A stretch of DNA of 64,000 bases. Source: Microbotryum violaceum. Its lineage: Eukaryota. The position numbers and the translations under genes were made by a program. This document shows positions 24,581 through 37,113 of this stretch, piece after piece. The stretch is from positions 1,426,001 through 1,490,000 of the forward strand of contig CDLV01000007.1 in the NCBI GenBank assembly GCA_001244265.2, in the 5' to 3' direction. The notes under the pieces were generated by a model. That model saw only the letters and a program-made list of their open reading frames with translations, was not told the origin of the DNA and ran no database searches. Numbering within the stretch: position 1 is the stretch's first letter; each line of letters starts with the position of its first letter.

Positions 24581-25355
24581 CCTGGCGATTCTAAAGTGCT
24601 GATGCCGTGGGTAGGGGTGAGTGTATGCGAGGTCCAAGGCTTTAGGTCCGAGATGGCGGGCGGGCGGGCGCGCAATGGAAGAGATACTGCCAGGAGTCGA
24701 CTCGGAGAGATTTGGTAGCGGCCAAGATGAAAGTAACGTCGTGATGGAGCGGTAAACCAAGAAGACTCAGGGACGTTGCGACGAGTTGAGACGATACGAA
24801 ACCTGCGTCGTCGAGATGGTGCACCAGGCGGCGTGAGTGATAGAAAGAGGTGCTGAGGACGCGTCGACACGCGCGCGACAAATGAATGCGAATGCTCGGA
24901 CCCCTTCTTGGTCAACGCGCGTGAGTCCAACCCCCCTTTTCTAGAAACATTGATATTGGATATGTGAAATCTAATCAGGCTTGATACAAAAAAAAGTGCG
25001 CCTTGCGCCAGTTGCCCGCTCCTTTGCAGGCTGGCACCTTTTTGGCAACGCGAGTCCGACTGACGCTGAAGATGCGATCTACGAGAAGCGGCAGCTCGGC
25101 GTTTGACTGGCGGAGTCTCTCGCCAAATCGTCGCAAGTCACGGGGCACACAACTTCCCGCAGGCCCGCAACACTAGACTGATGATACTACCCGACATCGC
25201 TTCCGACGGTGAGGAATTTGCGGAATCTCCAGGTCGATCGGGATCACGGTGCCGGCCGCTCGGCACACAACTTGTCCGAAAATGAGAGACTTCTGAATCA
25301 CTGATATCCCTCCTAGCCTCTCCGACCGTCGTTTGTATTAATGTTCGCGCCTATT

Positions 25356-26067
25356 AAAGCAGGACGTCGCTGAAAGTCGATCCGTTTGAAAAAAGACTTT
25401 GAGAACCATGACATCATTTTCGATGGGATTTCGTCGCCGATTGACACCGTCGAAAGGGAAGGTGCACTGGGCGATCCTTCCACACTGTTGCAAATCGACT
25501 GCTCGACCAGTCTGCTGCCAAGCCCCGGAACGCAAGTTAAGGCAAGAAGGCTAAAAGTTAGTATTACTGAGCCCACAGGCAGCGGGAATAGGTTGGCTTC
25601 AATGGCCCGTGCAAGCCACGCGACTGGAAGACCCGATTTTCGCAACAGAGTGGAAGGATCGCCCAGTGCACCTTCCCTTTCGACGGTGTGCTGTCCGAAG
25701 TAACCTTTTGGGGGGAACTTTGCTCACCGCTAGCGCTTCTAGGAGAGGGCTAGTAGCTCCGTCTGGCGCTCGGCGCAGACTTGCACCGTGATTCGAAATT
25801 TCAGACACAATATATGCTGCTCTGGGCACTTGAAGTGTTCTGTTGTAAAGGGGTTTCAACGATCGCGCTTTCAGATCTAAAATTTCGTCAATCGGCGACG
25901 AAATCCCATCGAAAATGATGTCATGGTTCTCAAAGTCTTTTTTCAAACGGATCGACATTCAGCGACGTCCTGCTTTTAGAGCCCACAGGCGCACAGGCAG
26001 CGGGAACAGTGAGTCGGCCTCAATGGCCCGTGCAAGCCACGCGAGTGCGACTGGAAGACCCAATTTT
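25356..26067. repeat. Mosaic of local inverted and direct duplications
   Basis: 25356-25445 is the reverse complement of 25887-25976 (90 bp, 1 mismatch). 25444-25491 is the reverse complement of 25642-25689 (48 bp, 1 mismatch). 25569-25640 is directly repeated with small indels at 25979-26067. Confidence 0.9.
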
Positions 26068-26669
26068 TGGACTAGGGTGACGTCGGTACCAAAGACTGAT
26101 TGCCCCGAAGGGGCTCAGCTTGGGCAGAAATCAGATAAATCAGTTAGGACCCACTACATGCAAGCCCGATATATGTCTGCGATCGCGCATTTGTGTTAAA
26201 TACTTCAGCAGGAAGCTGATTGTATCGACTGTAACACGCCTGATATTAATCGGTGCCGCTTAACATAAATTTGCGGCACCACCATTTCAGGCACACCACT
26301 GAGAGTCTAAGGCACAGCCGAAAACAGGGCGCGCGTCCCCGCATAACTTGACTTGAGAGCTCCTTCAGACTGCGAGATCAGCGCTCAGCATCGATCATCC
26401 ATCATCCCGTTCAAATCCTCCTTGATTTGCAACCTCCGGCGCACTTCTTCAGACGCCCATACGCCCACTGCCATTCGTCGTAGACACCAAGATAGCTCGG
26501 GTCGACTGCAGCATGCAGCACGCGGTCCCTTATTAGTCGTCATCACTAGCCGCTTCTCGACTCAAGGCGCTCCTCTTCGGGTTTAGGTCGTGAAACACGG
26601 GAGTCTACGACGTCGCGGGTCGCTCGACTGGCTTCCCACCAGCTTAAACTATTAATCACGCCAAGTCAA

Positions 26670-27395
26670 ATGGCCTTCATCTCACCTTTCTATCATCCCT
26701 ACATTATAGAAGACATGATCGCCCCGGGCCGGTACTCGTCTGGACGTCCTCGCGTCGCGACCGAGTACGACCTCTGTGTTTCACCTGCGATGCTCTCCTC
26801 TGCGCTGCCGCTCGAGGTCCCGAGACCTCCGCGCCTGGAAATCACCGCGCGAGCCTTCCGGACGACCGCACGTCCCTTGCACACCTACACCGCCTCAAGT
26901 TTATCTTCTCGCACCAAGCATAGGTCTAGCCCTTCAGCGTCATCTTCGATCCTTGGACCACTCGTACATGAGTTCCCATCGAGATTGGGCTGCTCCATCT
27001 CGTCGAGAAATTTAGACCCGGCGCGCGATCTCACGATGTCTCGTCGCTCTTCCTCGTCGTCCTCCACAATTATAACCGGAAAGATGAGCCCACCTCACAG
27101 TCCAGGCGTTCATTCGCCATTATCACGAGCCGTCACAGAAGCCGAAGTGCTCGCTGCTCGCATGTTGCCGTCCCGCAAGGCCTACGCCTCGAAACCCGCT
27201 TCGCCCACGTCGCCCGTCTCGGTCGCTCCTATCCCCGCGCCCAATTCGCCGGCCTTCTCAAGCGCGAGCTCATCACCTTCGCCACCGCCATTGGGATCAC
27301 CGACGATGAAGTACAAAAAGCCCGATGCCGAACTTGACAGGTGGCTGCAAGCACTATCGGTTGCTCAATCAAGGGCGGATTCTCGACTTCCGTAA
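26670..27395 (+). CDS. Hypothetical Ser/Pro-rich protein
   Basis: 241-codon ATG-initiated ORF in good context (CAAAATGG). No recognisable domain; the true start may be a downstream ATG. Confidence 0.5.
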   Translation: MAFISPFYHPYIIEDMIAPGRYSSGRPRVATEYDLCVSPAMLSSALPLEVPRPPRLEITARAFRTTARPLHTYTASSLSSRTKHRSSPSASSSILGPLVHEFPSRLGCSISSRNLDPARDLTMSRRSSSSSSTIITGKMSPPHSPGVHSPLSRAVTEAEVLAARMLPSRKAYASKPASPTSPVSVAPIPAPNSPAFSSASSSPSPPPLGSPTMKYKKPDAELDRWLQALSVAQSRADSRLP

Positions 27396-27666
27396 ATCCA
27401 GTCGATGCGCCGATCACAACCTCGGCCGGAGAGCGGCACCAACTTTGCGGAAGTGATCGCGGACGATACATGTACCCCACCTTTGTATTCGTTGGTTTCG
27501 TCCCCAACTTGTTTCACAGCAGTACTTTAGTTTAATAGGGGCCTTCTTCCCCCTTCTCTCCTTCCGTTTTCGTGGCTGTGATTATCATGGGTTTTCAGAT
27601 AGCGCGGTTCCGGGCCTCGCGGAATGCTCGAGGATGCAATTTATGCCATGTTGTTCTATAGCCAAA

Positions 27667-30600
27667 TCATGACATGTCGGTGATGTTGGCAGCGTTTACC
27701 ACGGTGGAGCCATCGTCGAGCTTGTCATCCTCGGTCGCCTCGTCCCATCCAAGTAAGACATCCATCGCATCGCGGTACCTCTCGAACTTCCAAAAGTCGT
27801 CCAAACGCATCGTCGACATGTCAAACGCGATCGCTACGACAGGTTCAATCGGTGTACCCTCCGTCCCATCCGATGCTGGTGGTCGATTCAAGGACAGCGG
27901 GGGCAACTTGGGGTACCGCGCCGAAAAGTGGGTTAAGAGGAGGTGCTTGACCTTCATTCTGCGCGCGATGTCGATGGCTTGGCCGAAGGTGCTGTGCCCC
28001 TTAAGGCGAGCCAGCTCTTCGAGACCATCCTCGATTGTCGCTTCGTGGATGAGCAAGGAAGCGTCTTGTCCAGCGACGACAAGGGCCTCGCATGGCATGG
28101 TGTCTCCGGAGAACACGGCTCTCCACCCCGAGGTATGGGTGATGACGACACCCCAGCATCGGCAACGATGCAATACCGGCACCGTGGTGACGGACTTGAG
28201 GCCGGTCAAGGCGTATAAATCTTGCACTGCCGATCGCCTGAGCGCGAGAGATGCAGAGTACTAGTGGGTCAGACTCACTTAGACCACGAACGGTGTTCGA
28301 TCGGACATGTGCTTACCTCGCGTCAGATTTATTTAGTTTCTTCCCAGCCTCCAAGGCTGTCGAATCGATGAACCGAATTGGCGCCGACGAACTAGCTGAG
28401 AGCCCAAGATCAAATAGTTCTTGCTGCTCTTTAAGGTAGACTCGAACTCCAGGTGGGCCGACTATGACGAGCGGTTGTTCTGGACTTGGGAACAGCTGTC
28501 AATGACGAAACACGAGACTGGATCAGTTTAGTTTGACCGAAGAATTTGGGCGAAGGGCGTTCTCTAACTCACCACTGCGCGTCCGCGCAACAAGGTCGTC
28601 AAGCCGGCATGGTGGTCTTGATGCAAGTGCGAAATGAAGATCATCTTGATCGAGCGCAGCACCTTTTCCTTCCCTTCTTTAGGGTCGTCGCCAAAGCACC
28701 GCGCAATTTGGCCCCAGGTACCCTCACCAGCGTCGAGGAGGATGTAGCCTTCGTCTCCGGGAAGGTGCAACAGCGTGGCACTGACGTTGCGGTACTTGCT
28801 CGGGATCGCACTCCCTGTCCCCAGTGCTGTTACGCACAGATCGCCGTGCATGCCCGAGGACGACGATCCCCTCTTCGCAGTCTCCTGCTCGACCGTTTGC
28901 CGCACGTCCTTGGCCGCAGCCTCGTAGGCCTTCCAAGCTGCTTGTGCTGCATCCTGCACGTTCTGCGGTTTTTCGTCCCCCTTGAGCCTCGCGACCTCGA
29001 TATCGGCGGCCGACGATGGGATGTCGAAGTCGAACGTCCGGAAGGGGACGCCTTTCGCTACCACTAGCTCGTGTGTTTCGGAAAAGGTGTCATTCGTCCG
29101 TAAGAGGGTGACGCTGGACTGTGACCGGGTCGAATCCGAGAGAAGCTTGGGGCTGGCGTCCGCGGGAAGATACGTGTATTGAGGGAGGCGGAAGATGTGC
29201 TTGTCGAGGTACGACAACCGGAAGCTAAGGAGTGCTGAGGCGACGAAGGTGACGGGATCGTTTGAGGCTACGTCGGGCGATGCAATGCGATGGGCGATGC
29301 CGAATTCGGTTGAAAAGCTCGACACGAACTTGTCGAGCCGGGGATCTTGCAGCACGTTCGGTCCAAGAAAGTAGAAGATGGTCCTGAACGTGCTTTCCGG
29401 CGAGACCTGGGTGAAATGACTGGGCGAGTGCTCGAGCAGGGCGTCGAGGTAGGCTGGCGAGGGGATATTGAGTACAAGGAAAGCCGAAGGGGCCTGCCCT
29501 CGCCCCAAGCAATCGCTCGGCTCGACCCACATCCCGTCCCCCTCGCCATCCACGATTGCGGCCAATCGAGCGCGTTCATCGGCCGTGCGCTTTGCCCGCT
29601 CCTTCCTCGTTTCCTTGGGTCGCAAAATTTCATCTGCCGAGGCAGCTACCACCTTCTGTGGCTTGAGAACCCATACCCTCTGTCCTTCGATGAGCTTTTT
29701 GTACGCTTCGCCCGGTGGCACACCCCGTTTGCGTGCTTCCTCGGGCAAGAATCGTCCCCTGGAGCCTGGCCCAACCGCCACATAACTGAGTACGGTACCA
29801 GGTAACACCGATTTGTCAGGAGGTGGCAACTGAGAAGGTAAATAAGCCGGTGTTTGGCGGGAAGACCCGACCTTGAGGTGGGTCGGCAGCGAAGGCTGGG
29901 TAGGTGTGGCTTCTGGGATGAATTTGCGCCCGCGAAACATGTCGTTGAGCACCAGGGTACGCCATTGCGAGGCCGCTTCGCCACACAAGTGGGCCGGATT
30001 GAAGCTGGGAACCGCCGGATCGAAAGAGAGGGCAGTGGAAGTGGATGTGCTCGAGTCCTCCTCAGTGCAACTCGAAGCCAGAGCTGGCGGAGATTTTGGC
30101 CGCTGCGGCGGAGAGGACGAAGGGGACCGCTGCCGTTTTGTGGAGGCCAACGTTCTTGTGCTAGGTGCAGATGTGAACTTCGGGGTCAAAGGAACAGCGA
30201 AGACGGTCATATTCGAGTCCTTGAAGACGAGCAGCGGTGGAACCGTGGATGAAGGCGCGTGAATCGCCGAGACCTTGAGCGAGAGCTTTTCTCTGAGAAT
30301 TCGGAAGTGCCGAACGTCCATATCAGCAAGTCGACAGCAAAACCCTACCTGACAGCTCTTCCGCTCACCTTCGCGTGAAGAAGCGATAGCTTGCCAACAG
30401 ATGATCAATTCCCGGAGGACCGACGATTTGGATCTCGTGATTGCCCGTTTCAACAGCACTTAGGATGAAACCTGGGAGGCCGGTGCTTTCGCTCAGATTG
30501 CCAGCAAAGACGTGCCCCACCCTTTTCAGCCCGATCCTGTTCTGGACGCAGACTCTCGAAATTGACTCTGGCGTGTTGAAGAGGTAACGATGCGATTCGA

Positions 30601-30679
30601 AGGTGACGAGCAGAGCTGGCCGAGAATCCGAGCTCGAGGTTGAGAGCATCGACAACGAGTAGCGAGCATTGTTCGACAT
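27667..30679 (-). CDS. TRZ1: tRNase Z, long form (ELAC2/Trz1), multi-exon
   Basis: N-terminal RYLFNTPESISR pseudo-motif, exosite GVPPG, LGTGSAIPSKYRNVS, LLDAGEGT, HLHQDHHAG (HxHxDH), FSGDTMP, LIHEAT, HST, LTHFSARYPK. An in-frame extension without ATG reaches 30934. Confidence 0.95.
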
Positions 30680-31159
30680 GCTTGGTTTGATCGACGACCA
30701 TGAACTGCTCCCGAACCATGAACGGGCGCTTTTGGAGGATGTAGCGAATGAAGGTACTACGTTCCTGCTGGTTGCAGCGCTCAATCGCCCCCGGGTAAGG
30801 TGCTGCTGCGAGCTGGCGAGCAGACCTAGCGCAGCACCGGATCTTGCAGAGGTGACCGACGGCGTTTTGGGCGAGCACGTACAGAGCCCAAGAGATTTCT
30901 CACTGCTGTACTGCCTCACGAAGTGGTGCGACAAGCTGAGTCAGATACCTTTTGCGCGCGGTGACGATGCTGCTTCGCCGGCCTTGCGAAACGCGCACGG
31001 TCGGTAGTCCCTAAAGTCCCGCCCCGAGACGGGGCCCCTTCACTCGTCGAAAGGTACAAAATCCCAGGTTCGGGAACGAGCAAAGGTCTTATTGTCACGA
31101 AACGTGGAAGATTGCGAGGACTGCGTAGAATACAAGTTCTGCATCGCAACCATCAGGCG

Positions 31160-34100
31160 CGGGATTCCCTATTACATAAAATAATTTCGCAGATATTAGA
31201 TTACCCTAACTAGTAACTAGTCAAAAAAAAGTGTGAGTTAAGGAATGTACCTAAAATCGCTGTTTTTAACTAGGTGGTGGCCCGGAGGGCCCCCTGTGGT
31301 GGATGTACCAGCATACTGTTGTGTCTGCCGCACCTGCCTGTGGTGTTGGGGTTCCGATCAGAAGTCATGTACAAGCCCTATGGTGACTTTTGTATTTTCC
31401 GCGCCGTTCCAACGAAGCTACAGCGCTCCCAGTATTTTCTTTCGTTTTTCAGTTGACGTCAAACATTGCTTACACTTATATTGCATTTAATGAACCGCAA
31501 GCGCGTGGCTTTGCACGATATTGCTTCTACAGCAGAGCTCCGCCTGACGCGCGACGCGAGGGCTGGCGTCTGACGATCTGACGTCTGACGTCTGTGTCGT
31601 CTGTCACGTGATGCGGCGCGCTGGCGGTGTGGGTCTGTGTCAGTAAGTCTCGGGCGCGAGCTACACTCGCGCCCCGCTGCTCGATTCTCCTCTTCGTCCC
31701 GCTCCGATCAACAGAATCAGCTCCCCGCGCGTGATTAACAACAACTCAACCGATCTTGGTGTTGCGACCCGAATGAATGCCCCCCGTACAGCATTGTAGA
31801 ATGGGCAGCACGTTGAGCTCACCCCACCACCACATCCTCCTGCGCAAAGGCGCGCAAAGGCGAGCGCGCAGGCCTCGAATCGCGCTCGAACCCCTCAAGC
31901 CCCACGTTTTCGCAGGGCAAGGTGCAGCTACCTCCCCCTCTCCGGCACAATCCCGAGTGTCGACAGCTACGTGAAGGCTCGGATAGCGGTCAGTTGCTCC
32001 GTCCAACAACCGTCGTCTGCAGTAGACCCACATGCTGAACTGTGCAAGAATCCTCCCACGCACACAGAAGCTATAGCATTGCGCGAGAACGCCCGGTCGT
32101 ACAACAACGCGTTGTCGTTGACTCTGCTCGCTGCTCACTTTGACCAGACTCGACTGGGCATTCTAGGACCCCGCGTGTTTCGCGTGCTTGATCGGCTTTA
32201 CTCCTCGACTCGGCGTCCAGATCCCTGTCGTCAATCAACGCTCAGCCTTTGCTCAAACGTAGTTGATCGACCCAGCCGCCACCGACACTCGACTTGGACT
32301 CAACGGCGCAGGCAGTCGCATACAAAGGCCTACTTTGACCAAGCTCGAGTCCGCGTACCGGAAACCGCTTTGTGAAGGAGTTTGCATCGGCCAAAGCTTG
32401 CGTAGGCTGGGGATACGGCCAAAGAGTGGGTCCTGCGCCTCTGTCTACCACCAGGCCGAGACCGACGCACCCACAACCTTCCTCCGCCGAGCACGGAAAT
32501 GACGATGCTTATCTGCGATTCCGACACCAACACGGGAGATTGTGGACCGCAAGAACTTATTGTCCCGTGCGCAGTCATCGATGTCCCGATGGTCGACCCA
32601 AGTACCAAGTCGTCAGCTCGCTCCATCCGTCTGCGATGCCTCTCCGGTACCCAACACTCTTCGCCGCAGAGGAAAATAGCTCCCACCTCAACACTCCTCT
32701 TTGCGGGTTCCACCAAGCCGGGCCGCCCATCGCCAGAAACCGAGAGCAGATCGACAATGGTGTCCAATTGCGCGAGGTACTTCCGGTCTCGGTCTGGATG
32801 ACGAACGAGGAGGACAAAGACCGCGATGATGAGGATGAAGACCGCGAGGAAGGGGACGAAGAGGATGGTGATGGCGAACGTACGCGTCTTCGGCTCTTTC
32901 TCCAATGTTCCATTCTGTTTAAGGCGCAAGCACAGACTGACATTGAACTTTTGAACACCTAGGACAAAGGTCCAGTAAAGGGGTCGAGGTGGCGAGTCTC
33001 GCGTTCACAATTCTTTGCGCACTACTTGCCAAAGGCGACGAGTACTTCTCAAAACCGCATTGCACCCACGGTCCCTTCCTGGAGTCTGTGATTTATGGAT
33101 ATACTCCAAGTCGAGACCGATCGACTCTACACATCCGGTTGCATCAAGAGAACCTACACCTCACCACGACCCAAGGCATCAACGGCTTGGCCCCGAACCC
33201 AATTGGACGTTCGATGACCTTGGGCTCGACGTTCAAGAATAGACCGCGCGACATCACGCAGCGATACCAGGATGCGATGGCGTGCGTTGTCAAACATGGA
33301 AAGCCTCCGCTGCTCATCACGATGACGTACGACCCCGACTCACCGGAAATTAAGGCTGCACCGGGGCCGATAAAGCATGCAACCGTCCGGATCTCATTGC
33401 ACGAGTGTTCGAAGCCAAGTCCGGCAACAAGCGACATGCAGGCTGTTTCGGCGATGAATGTAAGATGAATGGATTTTGTTTCTTTGCTGTACTTCGTGTT
33501 GTGTTTTCTTAACCTCTGCGCTGATATCATGTAGACTGTTCGATTATCCTACTATTTTTTGAATTACATCCTCCCGTTAATTTAACGGGTTCCTACTGGT
33601 ATCTATCTAAAAAATCCGGGCTCTGGCCCTTATCTATCTATCTCCCATCTTAGTCAGATATCTTAGATAGATGCCTAAATATCTAATAGATATCTACGTG
33701 GGCTAAGATCAGATATAAATAGATATCTTAGGAGATAAGATGCCAGATATCTTCGCTTGGAGGCGGTCGATTTGGACTCGTGGGAGCCTGTTGGGTGGCC
33801 AGTACCACAATTTAAGTATCACAAAATGTGGATGAACAGGCAAAGCTGGCTTTCTGTTCATGTTTTCTGATTCTCTTGTATTGATAAGTGCTGGGAAGAC
33901 GAATTATTGCTTGGTCAAGCGGGAGAATGCATTGAGGCCGATTATCTTGCTAATCAGTGTCGTCAGAGTCGTCCGAATTCTCCACCTCCACTGGGAACGA
34001 CTGCCATGACGTCTTTGACTTTTACCTTCTCAGCTGAACTTGCTAGCTTGCCAGCGATCGTTTGCAGAGCCTCCTCTCAGTCGAAAGTAGTAAGTCTGTG

Positions 34101-34713
34101 CCTCTTCGTTGGTGGCGAATTTCGTACTCGCAAGCTCCTCCTCAGCCGTGGGGAGGTCCGACTCCAAGCTGCTTTAGCAAAGACTATCGATTACTAGTAT
34201 AGTCGTTCGGCGAGGTGTGAGAGTGCGAGTGTGCGACGAAAGAAGAGAAAACGGCGCGGGTACATTGCGAAGTTCCCAAAATGTCGCAATTGCACCTCCT
34301 TTCTTTGTGTGATTTGTGTGATTAGTTGATGAAGCACGCTCTGGCAGCAAAAACGTCTGAAGGCCTCAGCTCCCAAATTGGCCCGTCGGCAAGCCGTGCC
34401 GGCGTGCCGCCTCACCCGCAGCCAGCGCTTGGGCCAAACCATGCGGCACAAACATGGGCATTATTGAGCCGAACACGATTTGAAATTCGATGTCCTCGCT
34501 AGGGAGCAAGAACCTCCTTAAGGGAAACTACAACTTCCAGCGCAACAGGAGTCTGTACCAGACACAAAAACAGTTAAGATACCTAAAAATATCTAAGGAA
34601 ACCCCCGGGGCCTTATCTATCTATCTAAGATATTTGGCACCTAGATAAGATGTCATCTATATCTTACCGAGACAGGCTAAGATAGATATCTAGACATCTA
34701 ATGGGGAACCCTG
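31160..34713 (-). mobile_element. Non-autonomous hAT-type DNA transposon carrying a nested Helitron
   Basis: Perfect 8-bp TSD ATCAGGCG (31152-31159, 34714-34721). Imperfect TIRs CGGGATTCCCTATTACAT vs CAGGGTTCCCCATTAGAT (14/18). Dense AGATA/TATCT subterminal repeats at 33600-33750 and 34575-34700. Minus-strand remnant RRANLGAEAF resembles the hAT dimerisation domain. Confidence 0.8.
31201..33599 (+). mobile_element. Helitron, internally deleted and degenerate
   Basis: Rep fragments RENARSYNNALS and PRDITQRYQDAMACVVKHGKPPLLITMTYDPDSPEIK. 3' hairpin CCCGTTAA-T-TTAACGGG (33573-33589) followed by CTGG (CTRR) then T. Removing it restores AGATATTAGA|TATCTATCT (A|T site). The 5' end reads TT rather than TC. 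Confidence 0.85.
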
Positions 34714-37113
34714 ATCAGGCGGTCCGAATGCCCCGAATCGTCACGGGCTTCCGAAGTCTGAGGTCTGTCCAACACTTTATACCTCACGGGCACTCTTTGC
34801 CAAGACTTTTATCGGTACTTTAGGAAGATAGTGAACAGTGTGGTACCTACCCTTCTGGTGAGAGAGCTAAAAGTCGCGTTTCGTAGTGGCGATCGGATCC
34901 GGGCTGGAAGCGGATGACATTTTCGCGCGACGATCAGCAAACAAGCACCTTACCGTTTATACAGACACCGACGAGTCCGCCGGCTCACTGCATCAGCCTT
35001 GTAGGGTGTTTGAAAGCAGACCATGCAGAAATCATCCATGCTTGGGGTCATATCGAAGGTTCGGTAAAGCGTGGATTTGTAGGTCTCTAAGTTTGCCGAG
35101 GCATTCTTTGCAGGGCATGAAGGGTCAAGGAAGAAAAGCCTCCCTGGACCCTGAGGCTCTGTAGGACTCGGCGAATTTTCGGGCACGTGACCTGCAAGCC
35201 ATACGACCTGGACCACACACTGTCCCCTAGGGCAGGAATATTATGGCTAAAAGTTGCGCCACCTCCCAAGTGAACTTTCCAATATGGTAAGCATACCGTT
35301 TTCCAGAGCCATGTGCATGCGTAGTGACGTGGCACCCCACATTCATTTCCCGACCACAATTTGGCGCTCATCCGCGCGTCGACCAGGGGCCACGTCGTCG
35401 TCCAGGCCCGGGTATAGGAAAATAGGAAAAAGTAAGAAGTATCAATGATACTCCTAGAACCCGCATGACACCCATGTTGTAACCATATGGGCTTCCTTCG
35501 AGTGCCTTGCTAATTCGCTAGTCTTAGATTTGGACGGGCCTCAGACCCCCTCAGCCGGGAAACTTTTCCAACATCGTGAACCAGACCGCCTCAGCCTGAT
35601 CGCAGCCTGACTCAGACTGTAATCAGAGAGCGATGGAAATTACCGTGAGTGATGAATTATACTGAATGCAGTATGAGGGTGCAGTCTGGCGTATTATGTG
35701 GTGAGATCGTGCTGCGATTCGACGGAGCAGAGGCCGGGAGCGCTGGGCACTGGGCACCTATTTCTGGCCATGCGGCGCTGATTTGCACAAGCAGATACTA
35801 GCACCTTCAAGTAGATGGCCACGCGGCTCTTCGGTGGCACGCCGCATTTCTATCGATACGAATATCGCAATAGAGCTATCACCCATCCGGGACCCAACCG
35901 ATTGCCAATAGTAGGAGGGCGGGTGCAAGCTGTCGGGTCAAAGTTCGGCTTTGACTCCCGTTCCCTTGACCAAAGTCCGGCTTCCCGCATAAAGGGCAGC
36001 ACGGCAGCGGCTTGATCACTGACGCAACGAGCTCGAGGCGCTCGAGTTTGATAAGGTTTGCTCGAGCAATGTGTCGTCTCGCCAAGGCTCCGCAGGAGCG
36101 TCCAAGCCGGAATTTACTGACGACGGCCCATTTCTTGGGGGCTATCATTTGGGCTGGACTTGTTGTTTTGCAGCTTGTTTAGAAACGGGTGCAAAATTGT
36201 CAGACCCCTTAAGCTTAAGACGCCCTCGGTCTGTTGAAGAGCTCAAACTGATGCGGTCTGGCACCGCCTGGACCAGCATCTCGTAGGTAATCTATCTATC
36301 TATCTACATCAATCTACATCTCTTTAGATTTACATAAAAGGGTTCTAAAGCAAAGGAGAACCTATCTGAGGGCCGGCTTGTATATTGAAAGCCATGAAAT
36401 CTTGTGAAAGGTTATGGAAGGTTTCTACAAGTGAGATGCGCGGTGTCCGAGTTAGTAGATGGGACGGCACAGAACGAGGAGAGCGATCGAGCGAGACGAG
36501 CGTCGGCGTGCTGTCTCGAAGAGGAAGGCACAGGATCGGAGTTGATTAAGTCGCGCCCTGATTTTTCGGCCAAACCGGGGTTGGACAGTGGCTAGACCTT
36601 GGCTCACCCAGACCCTCGCTATACACCACTGCCTGCAACGCCTTGAGCCTCTCTCGCCTTTCTACTCGTTTGTCATCACTGAAAACTCTCGGCTCTCCGA
36701 TTCCCAGGGTATCTTAGGTACCTCGGCATCACCTCGGCCTTGCGCGTTGCCGATCAGGAGCCTCAGCAATAAGTTCTGTCTCTCTCGGACTTCGAACTCG
36801 GAGAGTAGTTATCGTTGGGTCTCATTCTAGCGCCTGACGTGCCCGCGCCGACTACCTGCACCGGTGGCTTTCGAGTCTCAACCGCGAGGTTCACTCGTGA
36901 TCATCTTGCTCTCTTGCAAGTATTGACCTCCATTCCGAAGCCAGGTTCTCCCCTCTCCCCCTCTGCCCTCTAATCCCATCGCTATCAAAGCTCCAGCGGC
37001 GACTCGGAGTGATTGGTGGGGGGCCTACATTGCCGCTTCTGGAGGCCAAAGCTTCCCAAACACTCCGCCCGATCGGTTACGCGTGGAGCCTCGCTCGTCG
37101 GCAGGCTCCTTCA

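Noticed and set aside
26252..26280. GGTGCCGC...GCGGCACC hairpin as a second Helitron 3' end
   Set aside because: No CTRR terminus at the expected distance and no Rep/helicase remnant nearby.
33600..34700. Repeated AGATA/TATCT motifs considered as a CRISPR-like array or GATA-factor cluster
   Set aside because: No constant repeat-spacer period; explained as subterminal repeats of the hAT element.
34886..36290. Short Cys-containing ORF fragments and CTCAG-type repeats
   Set aside because: Probably decayed transposon sequence, but I could not support a family, termini or TSD.
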